Assembly (NCBI GenBank): GCA_002009975.1
Contig: MTLP01000025.1
Span: 1-62,735 of the forward strand
DNA from: Thermococcus sp. JdFR-02
Lineage (GTDB): Archaea; Methanobacteriota_B; Thermococci; Thermococcales; Thermococcaceae
Direction: 5' to 3'
DNA length: 62,735 nt
The translations under genes were made by a program, and so were the position numbers. The notes beneath the pieces were generated by a model. That model made no database searches. It was not told the DNA's origin and worked only from the letters and a program-made list of their open reading frames with translations. Shown here piece after piece: positions 33,536 to 43,361 of the stretch; the stretch's first letter is position 1, and the number at the start of each line of letters is the position of its first letter.

Positions 33536-34546
33536 GTGGTTGGATTGAAAATTAAAAAATGGATTTCATTTTCATTACTGTTCATTATCTCTGCATCCCT
33601 GTTAATGGCATTTGTAAATAGCCAAGAGGATGTCCGTAGGTATGATTTGATCATTGTAAGAAATGATGACCTTATCGATTACATCGTAGCCATTCCTTAT
33701 GCTTCCAAACTTGGCATTCCAATTGTCCCTGTAAATCCGACCCAATTGGATGAAAAAGCAAAAGCACAGCTTTACTCTTATGTCCAATTCGGATGGAAGA
33801 ATGTTCTTATTATTGGAAACTACGATGCAGTTAGCAAAGAGGTTGAAGATGAGTTATTGGGTATGGGTTTTACACCGACGAGAATTGGTGGAGATGTTAG
33901 AACTGAAACTGCTGAAAAGTTAGCCTTGCATTTTTATTCAAAGGCTGATACAGTTGTTTTGGCAAGTGCATTGGATTATGGTTCAGCTTTAGCTGCGGCA
34001 AGATTTTCAATGACTTACGATTATCCCTTACTCCTAACCCTTGAAAACGACTTATCTGAATATGCTGCAACAGCGTTGGAAACATTAAAGCCAAAACAAG
34101 TGGTTATGATAGGAACCGGGCTTTCTCCTGTTATAGAGAGTAAGTTAGAGAGCTTAGGATACTCAGTTTTTTGGTATGGGAAAAACATACAAAGAATTCC
34201 AATAGAGCCTCCTAAAAAGCCATCCCCCTATAAATATTCGCTAATCGGTGCAGTGATTTCACTTGCAATAGCTGTGCCAATTGTTATCTATTATGGAAAG
34301 AAGAGATGGAGTGCAAATAGGGTTCCAATTGAGGTTCTAACTGAAAAAGAGAGAATAGTCGTTAAAGCCATACTTCAAAAAGGAGGTCAGGTTAAGCAGG
34401 AGGACTTACCAGAACTAACAGGTTATTCAAGACCAACTGTTAGCAGGATAATTCAAGAGCTGGAAAAGAAACAATTAGTTAGCAGAGAAAAGATTGGAAA
34501 GACATTTATTGTAAAGATGATAAAGGAGATCAATTTGAAAGAATAG
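33536..34546 (+). CDS. Membrane-anchored regulator: extracellular cell-wall-binding-2-like domain, TM helix, C-terminal wHTH
   Basis: RIGGDVRTETA motif; TM; LTEKE...Q.DL...GYSRPTVSRIIQELEKK. Confidence 0.75.
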   Translation: MVGLKIKKWISFSLLFIISASLLMAFVNSQEDVRRYDLIIVRNDDLIDYIVAIPYASKLGIPIVPVNPTQLDEKAKAQLYSYVQFGWKNVLIIGNYDAVSKEVEDELLGMGFTPTRIGGDVRTETAEKLALHFYSKADTVVLASALDYGSALAAARFSMTYDYPLLLTLENDLSEYAATALETLKPKQVVMIGTGLSPVIESKLESLGYSVFWYGKNIQRIPIEPPKKPSPYKYSLIGAVISLAIAVPIVIYYGKKRWSANRVPIEVLTEKERIVVKAILQKGGQVKQEDLPELTGYSRPTVSRIIQELEKKQLVSREKIGKTFIVKMIKEINLKE

Positions 34547-34600
34547 GTCGGGAAGCCCAACCGTTCATCACAACTCAGTTTCCTGGCTTATCCTCATCCC
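34546..34600 (-). ncRNA. C/D box methylation guide sRNA
   Basis: Minus strand: C box ATGAGGA, guide TAAGCCAGGAAA, D' CTGA, C' GTGATGA, guide ACGGTTGGGCTTC, D CCGA. Canonical Thermococcales spacing (~55 nt). Confidence 0.85.
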
Positions 34601-34626
34601 CAAATTAAGAATAGAGAAAGAAAAAC

Positions 34627-34770
34627 TTAAGCTTTTCTAAAAAGGTGTCCATGAGCCTTGTTCACATGCTTAATATAATCCTTACTCTTCTTAAAGACCA
34701 TTCCACATCGTGGACATCTAAACAGTAACTCTCCATCCCTATCCTTGATTTTTATCGCCTTCAATTTCAT
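34627..34770 (-). CDS. Small C2H2 zinc-finger protein (47 aa)
   Basis: [47 protein letters not shown] with GGAGG RBS; below the track size cut-off. Confidence 0.9.
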   Translation of the reverse strand: MKLKAIKIKDRDGELLFRCPRCGMVFKKSKDYIKHVNKAHGHLFRKA

Positions 34771-34829
34771 GCCTCCTCCCTCCCCAACTCCACAAAAAAA
34801 TTAGGGGGTTAATTTTTAAGCGTTACTCT

Positions 34830-35567
34830 TCACCACATATCTATGATCTTCTCTTTTGAAAGTCTTATGGTGTAGTGAGTTGGGACAAAGCCTGGAATCA
34901 AAGATTTTGGTATCGTGATAATTTCTTCTAAACCAGCTGAAGATAGTTTTGAGATAAATTCCACAACCTGATCACTAATGCTGATAAGCCATGCTTCAAT
35001 TCTCTCTGGAACAGCATCCCTATTTAACAGGAGAATGTTTGTAGCTTCCTGAGCATGAAATTTCTCTGCAACCATTAACCAGCCTCTAACCAATTTTACA
35101 AGCATATACTCTCCAAAATTTAGGTATGCTCCTTCTAAAGTTGCCAAAAGAGTCACAAGAGGTTTATCTTTTGGAAGTTTTGTAGTTATGCTTTTAAGAA
35201 TCTCTCCAAGCTTTGCATATGCTGTTTCATCTTCCCAATCCTCTATTTGGTAGATATAGGGCTTATTTTCATGGATTCTGTATTTTGACCCGAAAAGGTC
35301 GATTATAAAAAGGTTCCCCTTTTTGCCTTCTTTTTGAATGTCCAATCCAACATAATTACATCTCAATTCAAGTTTAGAAACAGGAAGTGTCATGTTGGCT
35401 ATTAAAACCGTTGCTCCTTGATCAAGCAGCTTTTTAACCATCTTCAGTCCCAACACCCATCCAAGAGAGTTTTTATCGTAGTTAATTAAAAAGAATCCAC
35501 CTTCAATAAGCCCCCCACCCAATGCTTCATCTATGCTCTTAAACCCACTCTGAATAATCTTAGACAA
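34830..35567 (-). CDS. KaiC/RAD55-like RecA-superfamily protein with degenerate Walker A
   Basis: SGFKSIDEALGGGL start; P-loop position reads YDKNSLGW; SDQVVEF. Confidence 0.75.
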   Translation of the reverse strand: MSKIIQSGFKSIDEALGGGLIEGGFFLINYDKNSLGWVLGLKMVKKLLDQGATVLIANMTLPVSKLELRCNYVGLDIQKEGKKGNLFIIDLFGSKYRIHENKPYIYQIEDWEDETAYAKLGEILKSITTKLPKDKPLVTLLATLEGAYLNFGEYMLVKLVRGWLMVAEKFHAQEATNILLLNRDAVPERIEAWLISISDQVVEFISKLSSAGLEEIITIPKSLIPGFVPTHYTIRLSKEKIIDMW

Positions 35568-35795
35568 CCTTTAGCACCTCCTGTGGATTGCAATATAAAA
35601 AACAAGCATTAATAATTGTTTAAAGTATTCGAATATTTAAACTTTTTTGAGATAACTGCCACAATGAGGAGATTATCCAAAATACACTTTTCTGTTTATA
35701 GCAAATTGATGAAATTCAAGCTCAAACCTCTTTTAGAGTTAAGTTGAGAATATCACGAATTCTCTTTTAATGAAAATGCTTATTTATGAGATGAT

Positions 35796-36476
35796 ATGAT
35801 TATTGTTAGAGTGGTAAAAATGTTATATACCGCTCAACAAGCGGTGCTTCATAAGAAGCGTTTTAGAAGGATGATGGCAGTAAATGTTATCCTTTTCATG
35901 CTAACTCTCATCTCCATAGTATTCTTTTACTTGGGTTTAATCATGTTAGTCTTTACACTAAGGGAATATAGGAGATATTCAACTTGGAAAAAGGGCTTTG
36001 AAGGAGAATTTAGTGTTATTGAAGAGTTTAATTACCCAAATAGCTTTATCCTGTCAGATATACGCTTGGTCAGTAAAAAAGGAAACATAGACCACGTAAT
36101 AGTAAATTCAAAAGGTATTTTTGTTCTTGAAACCAAAAATTATTCCGGCGAATATCGGTTAAATGGAGAGACAATTGAAAAGTCCAGAAAACATGGAAAG
36201 AAAGTAAGAAGTTCAAGTGAAGAAGCTAGGAGTGGAGCCTCTGCAGTAACTTCTTTTTTAAAGAGAATTCTTAAGAAAGAATATCCCGTTCAGCCCTTGA
36301 TAGTACTCACAGGTGATGCAAAAATTAAAGGAAAGACTAAATCAGCAGTCCCTATTTTGGAGTTAGATAAGCTAAATGAATATTTTGAACAACTTCCTGA
36401 TAAGCTATCAAGAGAGGAAGTTCTAGAGATAGTGTCTGTTTTGGGAAATCATGCTGAACACATAAAAGAAACATAA
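35796..36476 (+). CDS. NERD nuclease-related domain protein with N-terminal TM
   Basis: GFEGE, NIDHVIV...GIFVLETKNYSG. Confidence 0.88.
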   Translation: MIIVRVVKMLYTAQQAVLHKKRFRRMMAVNVILFMLTLISIVFFYLGLIMLVFTLREYRRYSTWKKGFEGEFSVIEEFNYPNSFILSDIRLVSKKGNIDHVIVNSKGIFVLETKNYSGEYRLNGETIEKSRKHGKKVRSSSEEARSGASAVTSFLKRILKKEYPVQPLIVLTGDAKIKGKTKSAVPILELDKLNEYFEQLPDKLSREEVLEIVSVLGNHAEHIKET

Positions 36477-36824
36477 GTTTGAATCTATGCAACAGATGTT
36501 AGCTTGAGGAGTACAAGCAGAAATAGATAAAAATTAGGAAAACGCCTAATTAAAGCTGTTAATAAGAGATTTCTTATAGAGATGAAAGTAGACATAAGCT
36601 ATGGCATCTTTGTTAATGGTGTGCAAATAGATTGAACACTTAAACAGTTTTTGACGTTTAGGCTTCTTGGATATGATGACAAAGAAGCTTTATATCATTA
36701 ATGCCTGCCTCAATTTTTCCTTTCATTTCTTGCCAAAGTTGTTAAGGCTATTAAAACAGAAAAAGATGAGTGTCCTACAAAAAGCTTAACTATCTTTTCA
36801 TATTTACTTAAGTAAGGGGACTTC

Positions 36825-38576
36825 ATGAGGAAGAGCCATATAGCATTGATGCTTTTGTTGACAATAATTGTTAGTGGGTGCCTCCAGAGCCAACTTCCTG
36901 AATCACAAACATCCACAACTACTTCACAAAAAGCTATATCCTCTTCATTAACTTCTGAAACTATAAACACGACTACCATACCCCTAACAACTACAACAAC
37001 TCCAATCCATACCATACCAAAAGAAAAAATTAAGGACTTCAAATTAATACTTGACTGGAAAAAAGATGCAAATGCATTGGTTTTATACCTAGAAGTTCAA
37101 AACCAAACAAACTATACAAAAATCGATGGAAAGCTAGAAGTAATAATAAAAGACGAATTTAGGCTTCTCATATATAATGGCACATTAAGTATTCAAAAAT
37201 CCGACTTCCAGCCCTACACCGAAGAATTTACTGGACTCTCAAAAACCTCCACTGTGTATAAGGCTCGCTACATAATAACAGACTTCCAAAAAGGAATATC
37301 CAGCTATGGAGTTATTAACGCAACACTAATTGTTGAGAATATGATGTTAAAACGGACTTTCATAGCTCAGAATCTTCCTAAAATGGATGAACAAGAGAGA
37401 AAGGATTATTTTGAAAACCTTTATCTTAAAAATGCAAAGCCATTAAACATAACTCAAATAGATGGGAATGCTGCACTTGAATTCTATCGTTATGGAATTT
37501 ATATACACCCCGGAAATCTCAAGAAGTACTTAAGAATAGACGCTAAGCTTAGAAATATCGGGAACTACTCAATAGAACTAATAGGGATGGAACCTGCAAA
37601 GCTTACAGTTGATGGATTTCCTGTGGAAGGGTATTATAATGAATTTCAGTACAGCTACTCCAAAAAACTTGAGCCTGGTGAATACATAAAAGAAGCATTT
37701 CTATTTCCAATGGAGGAAATAAGTTTAAACAGCAAGGATTTTGAGTTCAAAGTCCAGAGAATAGAAATAATCCCGGAAAGGAAAGTTACAATTAAATTAT
37801 CTGGACTTAGACCTCTTTTGGATTACAAAACTGTAAACATAAGCAAAGCGGCTCAACAATTCTCTATCGAAGCAACGTTAGTTAAATATGCAGTTTTCGA
37901 ATATGAAACATTTGAAGGCAAAGAAAATGGAATAAAGGTTGTTCTAAGAATTAAAAACATGGGGAGCAAAGATATAACAATTGATCTGAACGGAATTAGC
38001 CTTGGGGGAAGTGTAGGAATAGTCTCAAGCAGCTGGTTTTTAACTGTAAATCCCAATTCAGAAAAGGAAGCATGGTTATTATTCCCCTATGTCCAAGGAA
38101 AGACAGAATTAATAGTACCTCTACATGACTGGATTGAAGGCAAAGAAGAATTTCTTGAAATTCCATTCGAAATAAAAGAAGTGCCGAAACCGAACGAAGT
38201 AGTAGTTAACAAAACAATAGAAGCCTATCCCTTTGTGATTACGTTAGAAAAAGTTGAGAAAACTCCATATCTCGAAATCAGCAAACTAAAAACCCTTGTG
38301 AAAGTTTACTTTAAGCTCAAAAACATTGGAGAAGTGGAACATTTGCTCAACATTGATAATTGGAAGCTAATATCCTCAGAAGGCACCGACAATGGAAACT
38401 TAATTATGAGCAAAATTACTGGAGACATAATCCTCAAACCTGGAAGTTATGTATCAGGTTATGTGGTCTTCGATGACGTTTCTGATGCATCCCAATACAC
38501 CTTAGAAATTAAGATTCCAAAGGATCAAAAGACGCTAAAGTTTGAATTAAAGCTACCAATAAAATTAAAAGAATAA
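36825..38576 (+). CDS. Lipoprotein with repeated Ig-like (DUF4352-like) domains
   Basis: Lipobox IVSGC, Thr-rich linker, three repeats of V/L..KN.G....L.PG....G...F. Confidence 0.75.
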   Translation: MRKSHIALMLLLTIIVSGCLQSQLPESQTSTTTSQKAISSSLTSETINTTTIPLTTTTTPIHTIPKEKIKDFKLILDWKKDANALVLYLEVQNQTNYTKIDGKLEVIIKDEFRLLIYNGTLSIQKSDFQPYTEEFTGLSKTSTVYKARYIITDFQKGISSYGVINATLIVENMMLKRTFIAQNLPKMDEQERKDYFENLYLKNAKPLNITQIDGNAALEFYRYGIYIHPGNLKKYLRIDAKLRNIGNYSIELIGMEPAKLTVDGFPVEGYYNEFQYSYSKKLEPGEYIKEAFLFPMEEISLNSKDFEFKVQRIEIIPERKVTIKLSGLRPLLDYKTVNISKAAQQFSIEATLVKYAVFEYETFEGKENGIKVVLRIKNMGSKDITIDLNGISLGGSVGIVSSSWFLTVNPNSEKEAWLLFPYVQGKTELIVPLHDWIEGKEEFLEIPFEIKEVPKPNEVVVNKTIEAYPFVITLEKVEKTPYLEISKLKTLVKVYFKLKNIGEVEHLLNIDNWKLISSEGTDNGNLIMSKITGDIILKPGSYVSGYVVFDDVSDASQYTLEIKIPKDQKTLKFELKLPIKLKE

Positions 38577-38858
38577 AGAACTATGAAGTGTCGAGCTATT
38601 GGTTAGGAAATACATCAAAAAGGAGAGCTGCTAACAGGGGATATGGAGATATTGGACGTGGAAGAAGTGCCAACAGCCTTTCACTCTTTGAGTTAATTTT
38701 TATCTTCATGCCTAATTCTTGGGAGGGTAATTCCTTGAACTTAAGGTAACTGAGAGTGCAAATGATGCTTTAACTCTTTTTTCTGAAAATGAGAACAAAG
38801 TAATCAGAATAATAAAAATTTTTAGAGGAGAGTTGGAAGGATTAGGGATGAAACCTGC

Positions 38859-38897
38859 TGGCGGACCCGGCGGGATTTGAACCCGCGACCTTCGCCT
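38859..38897 (-). repeat. att site: duplicated tRNA 3' half (no 5' half present)
   Basis: Minus strand A-GGCGA-AGGTC-GCGGG-TTCAAAT-CCCGC-CGGGTCC-G-CCA = anticodon 3' strand, variable loop, T arm, acceptor 3' strand, discriminator G, CCA. Isotype cannot be determined here. Confidence 0.92.
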
Positions 38898-39778
38898 ATG
38901 AAGCCCTAAATGACTTGTGGGACGCGCATAAAGGGCAGTTTAGCGAATGGCTCTCTTATAGAGTAATAGAGAAAACAGCGAAAGACTACATAAAAGCACT
39001 TGACAAATTCATGAAGAAGTACAAATTAGAGACCATTGGTGACTTGGTTTCTGCTCTCCAAAAAGAGCACTATACTCATCACCTCGTTAGCGCCTTGAGG
39101 AACTTTGTGACATTCCTTGAAGAGCGTGAAATCATTAATGAGGATGCAGCCAACAGGATAAGGAAGTACGCCAAGATAAAGAAGAGTGGCGTGGATCAGA
39201 CACACATCACAAATGATGAGTTAAGAGAAGCGTGGAAACAAGTATTAAGTTATGGAGAAAAACGTCGTGAGCTCACATTCAAGCTTTTAGTCTTTTCTGG
39301 TCTTAGGCTTTCTCATGTCCATTACCTCTTAACAACCTTTGACGCTTCTAAGCTCATCTTTGAGGGCAATATTGCAAAGTACCCTCTCCAAGAGGCCGCC
39401 AAAGGCACTAAAAGAGCTTTCTATGCTTACATGCCTGCGGATTTTGCTAAAGAGCTTGAGCCGGTTAAAGCAAGTTATGATGCCATGAGGGAGTGGGTAC
39501 GCTTTGAGGATAAAGCACGTAGAGTTAAAGCAAAGACTATCAGAAAATGGCATTTCAACTTCCTCATTAGGCATGGCGTTTCTTTCGAGGTCGCTGACTT
39601 CATTCAAGGGCGCGCTCCTCGTTCAATAGGAGAAAGACACTATGCAAACCTTGAGATGCTCGCAGACGAGGCTTATTCTCGTATTGTAGATTATTTAGTT
39701 GCAGTTTTGGAAGGTGAACAAATCTCGAAAAGAAAGTTTTTAGGAGTTAGAATTTATAAAGGAGGTGAGAATTTTTGA
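38861..39778 (+). pseudogene. C-terminal fragment of SSV1/pTN3-type tyrosine integrase, split by integration
   Basis: Frame reads through the att (ADPAGFEPATFAYEALNDLW...) back to a stop at 38849-38851; catalytic SGLR, KGTKR, KTIRK, FIQGR, HY. Confidence 0.9.
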
Positions 39779-39987
39779 GTGTGAAGATTAGAATCGTTTC
39801 TTTGAGAATGATTTCGAGAAAAAATGATATCTCCCTATATAAATTGCTACGATTATTTAAGTGGTATAAGTGGAAGTATGGGGATAATCCTGAATACGTG
39901 GTTTGGACTCCAGAGGGGCAGGCCCGCCCGACTGAAAAATTCATTGACTTCTTGAAGGAGATGGGCATAAAAATAAAGGAATATTAA
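39775..39987 (+). CDS. Small hypothetical protein
   Basis: GGAGGTGA RBS, overlaps the integrase stop. Confidence 0.6.
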   Translation: MSVKIRIVSLRMISRKNDISLYKLLRLFKWYKWKYGDNPEYVVWTPEGQARPTEKFIDFLKEMGIKIKEY

Positions 39988-40172
39988 TCTCTTTTTTAGA
40001 ATGTTGAGCAAGCTTCTCTCTTCTTTTCTGCGCTCTCATTGCTTCTTTTCAAAACGCTGTTGATTTAGCTTATTCTGACAAAAACAATTTTGTAAAATCT
40101 TGTTTGCTTAATTTGGGTTTTGTTTTTGAGTTTAAATCAGCATTGTAAAAACCTCCGCGGGGGGAGTTTGAT

Positions 40173-41963
40173 GTGAGGCTCAAGAAGTTTGCAGGATTTT
40201 TTGTGATAGCGCTCTTCTTAGCAAGCATGGCAGGGGTTGCAAGTGCTGAAACTTTAGATTTGCCAAAGTGGGTCATTGTTCCAGAGGACAGTATAAACTT
40301 TACTGACGTGACACTGTTCTGCGGGCTGGATACAATGGATACAACGAACAATGTGACGCCTTGTTACTATCAGGGCTCGATAGTGAATGCTACAATCTAT
40401 TTCAATAGCACGACAGGATATCCAAAGCTCGTGAGCGGGAAAATTCTGAATGCGTTTGAGTTTGACAATAATGCGAACGAGTATGTGAGATTGAGTGGAC
40501 TTGCTCTAAGCCCACAGAACTCAATCTCAGTTGCTTTTGCGGTATATGTTCCAGCAGCCCCGTCTTCTAACAGACCAATATTAGTGACATCCAGTTCGAT
40601 AGGTCCGGTAAATGTTGTTGCGTGGGTGACTACAAGTGGGGAATTGAGAGCACAGACAAATGTGAATAACACAGGCACAGCACAGACTTTTTATGTTGAT
40701 TCTGGAACGAGCATTGTCGGAGAATGGCATTATGTGGCAATAAACATGATTTGGGACAGTTCATCAACAACACTCGAAATTCTCATTGATAAACAAAAAG
40801 TCGCTGAGGCTACATCATCCCTACCACCATTTGAAACTTCACTTGACGTTGTTGATATTGGGAGAGCAGGGGATGTATATGCACTTGCAAAGATACTTGA
40901 TGAAGTACGTATAAGGCTTGATAATCCTTTCACAGAAGACGAAATCAAAGCTTTGTACGAGATTGGTCGTATGAAGCTCTCCGAGCTCGCTAATTTCAGA
41001 CAAATCTTCTCTCCAATGGTTGATTTAACAAAAGAAAAAGCAACATTCTATGCGGGCTTGGAAGTCTCAACAACTGATCCAAATGGCTATGTCCCGGTTC
41101 CAGATGTTGCAACAAATCTGAGCATCACAAGTGCTGAAAAGCTCAAGAGCGATTATACTGGTTATGATTTCTATTATCAAGGCCATTACTGGTACAGGGC
41201 TGATAAGATCCAGTTCAACTTACCAATTCAGTTTGAAACAGTAAGATCAAGTGGGGGCTTTGACAAGATAATCATCCTTGATGAGGACAAAAAGACTTAC
41301 GTTTATGAAAAAGAGTTCAAGGTTACTAACCCAACGGCGACAAAAATCAACGTTATCTATTCTATTGATCCTGTTGATCTTGGCTTCTCCGTATTGCAGT
41401 ATCCAGAGTTCGAGCTCGATGGCATTAGAATGGTTAGTTGGCAGCCTCAAAACTCCACTGACTTGAAGCTCATCCGCACCGATACGCTCGAACCTGGAGA
41501 AATTAGCACTCATTGGATTAAGAGCATTTGGACACTCTCGAAAGAGGAGCTCGAGTTTCCAGCGAAGCTCGAAGACTTTAGAAACATCCTCGACTGGCAG
41601 ACTGCTCAAAAGCTCGCAGAAAATGCCGCAAAGGGCAAGGGCGACACTTACGTGAAAGTCATCAAGATTTCAAGCAATGCTGACGTTTCTAATGTGACAA
41701 TCTACGTGCCCTTGAAGGGCGTCGAGGACGAGAGCGATGTTGTTGAGGCAGTAGCCCTTACCGGCTCAAGAGAAACCTTGCAAGTTGAAGAGCTCGACGA
41801 TGGAACCATTGCCGTGAAAGTACCTGCCGATGCCTTCGTGAGCGGTGAGGCAGAAATCAAAGTCTTCTACAACAAGGAAACCAGCTGGTGGAAGTCTATT
41901 CTTGACAGAATCAAGAGCATGGTGCAATGGATTAAGAGCATTTTTGGATTTGGAGGTGGCTGA
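40173..41963 (+). CDS. Secreted LamG/concanavalin-A-like domain protein
   Basis: Signal peptide; GKILNAFEFD, GEWHYVAI, IG...LDEVRI...FTEDEIKALY; C-terminal amphipathic helix. Confidence 0.85.
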   Translation: MRLKKFAGFFVIALFLASMAGVASAETLDLPKWVIVPEDSINFTDVTLFCGLDTMDTTNNVTPCYYQGSIVNATIYFNSTTGYPKLVSGKILNAFEFDNNANEYVRLSGLALSPQNSISVAFAVYVPAAPSSNRPILVTSSSIGPVNVVAWVTTSGELRAQTNVNNTGTAQTFYVDSGTSIVGEWHYVAINMIWDSSSTTLEILIDKQKVAEATSSLPPFETSLDVVDIGRAGDVYALAKILDEVRIRLDNPFTEDEIKALYEIGRMKLSELANFRQIFSPMVDLTKEKATFYAGLEVSTTDPNGYVPVPDVATNLSITSAEKLKSDYTGYDFYYQGHYWYRADKIQFNLPIQFETVRSSGGFDKIIILDEDKKTYVYEKEFKVTNPTATKINVIYSIDPVDLGFSVLQYPEFELDGIRMVSWQPQNSTDLKLIRTDTLEPGEISTHWIKSIWTLSKEELEFPAKLEDFRNILDWQTAQKLAENAAKGKGDTYVKVIKISSNADVSNVTIYVPLKGVEDESDVVEAVALTGSRETLQVEELDDGTIAVKVPADAFVSGEAEIKVFYNKETSWWKSILDRIKSMVQWIKSIFGFGGG

Positions 41964-42011
41964 TTTGATTGTTTGCGCCACCGTAATCACGCTATTGGAG
42001 GTTGAGGTGAG

Positions 42012-43346
42012 ATGAAGAGATTTTGGAAAAAAGGCTTTGTTTGGATTTTGGTTTTCTTGGTAGTAGCATCAGCAGTTGCAGTAGTTAGGGCAGCGACCAT
42101 AACAGAGACCGAGTGGGAGAACGCCATCACTGATCCAGGAATTGAGCTAATAGCTGGAACAAACGCCACCCTCAACGTAACAATATTAACCAGCTCTGGA
42201 GATCCCTTCGCTCTTAGCAGCTATACTAATGCTGATCAACTTGAAGTTACAGCGAAATTCATTGATGAATACGGAAACGCCCTTGACATGGATGGAGATG
42301 GCACCGCGGACATCTACACCTTGACAAACACCAGCACTCCAGGATTATGGACAGGCATTATAACTCTAGGCAACGTTACTCCCGGCGAATACACTTTGAA
42401 GATTGAGGCCCTTGCCAAGAACAGCACCACAAACACCATAGTAGATAATGCTACAATGCAGTTGAGTGTTTGGATCGCTGGAGGTCCATATTGGGTTTCA
42501 GTTGCTGATATCAAAGACGGCGATACAGTTGAAATTGGAAGCTTGAGCTTTACAATACGTGGTTTAAGCGAGCTTGGTGCAATCCTGGACCTTGGAAACC
42601 TCTCAACAAAAACAATTACAGACGATGACAGGGATGGCATATTTAGTTGGCAGTATGATGTCACAGGAGATGGCGCAAATGACTGGATAGTCTTCACAAA
42701 GAGCGACGATGACAGCGACAGATACATCATGATGGTCTACTCAAGCGACGCAAATCTCTTAGACAATTTCAACCTTGAAAGCGACTTTGAGGTCAGAGAA
42801 AGCGATGGTAGAGTTAAATTCACAAATAAGGTCTTCAAAGACTTGAATAACTATAAAGCTTATGTTGTATGGGACGAAAGCTTTTGGGCAAAGTTTGGCA
42901 TTAAAGCAGTTGATTACTACATAATCCCACTCAAAGGACGTGAGCACTGGACAGAGGGATGGGGAAACGTCGAAAGAACGGATATTAAAGTGATTAAAAG
43001 AGTTACATATCTCGGAGGACTCTTTGGAAGCGAGGAGGAAGTCTATTCAGGAAACATCTTCAACAAGAATGTGAACATCGATGATCTTATAACTGTCTTT
43101 GGCAAGTGGACTGGAAATGCAGCAAGGATTAGCTCTGGAGTGTGGGAAATACGGAAAGGACTTGGTGATATCACGATTCCAAACAGCTACAGCTTGAAAG
43201 AAAGAGATTTGAAAGCGCTTTCTGTTAGCTCCGAAGATTGGAGAGGATTCAACCCAATCACTAAGCCAAGCGGAAGAGGTTTCTTCAAACCTAACCTTGA
43301 CTGGAAGTCAATCCTCGGTCTCGAGGATGACGAAGAAAGCTCTTAA
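42012..43346 (+). CDS. Secreted protein with DxDxDG Ca-binding loops (paralog A)
   Basis: Signal peptide; DMDGDGTAD, DDDRDG, DVTGDGAND; clear paralog of 55054-56388. Confidence 0.8.
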   Translation: MKRFWKKGFVWILVFLVVASAVAVVRAATITETEWENAITDPGIELIAGTNATLNVTILTSSGDPFALSSYTNADQLEVTAKFIDEYGNALDMDGDGTADIYTLTNTSTPGLWTGIITLGNVTPGEYTLKIEALAKNSTTNTIVDNATMQLSVWIAGGPYWVSVADIKDGDTVEIGSLSFTIRGLSELGAILDLGNLSTKTITDDDRDGIFSWQYDVTGDGANDWIVFTKSDDDSDRYIMMVYSSDANLLDNFNLESDFEVRESDGRVKFTNKVFKDLNNYKAYVVWDESFWAKFGIKAVDYYIIPLKGREHWTEGWGNVERTDIKVIKRVTYLGGLFGSEEEVYSGNIFNKNVNIDDLITVFGKWTGNAARISSGVWEIRKGLGDITIPNSYSLKERDLKALSVSSEDWRGFNPITKPSGRGFFKPNLDWKSILGLEDDEESS

Positions 43347-43361
43347 GGGGGCTGATTTAAA

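Noticed and set aside
38859-38935. Complete tRNA gene (apparent TCA anticodon in CTTCATA)
   Set aside because: No D arm or 5' acceptor strand, and the anticodon stem does not pair; the sequence beyond 38897 is integrase coding, so the apparent anticodon is incidental.
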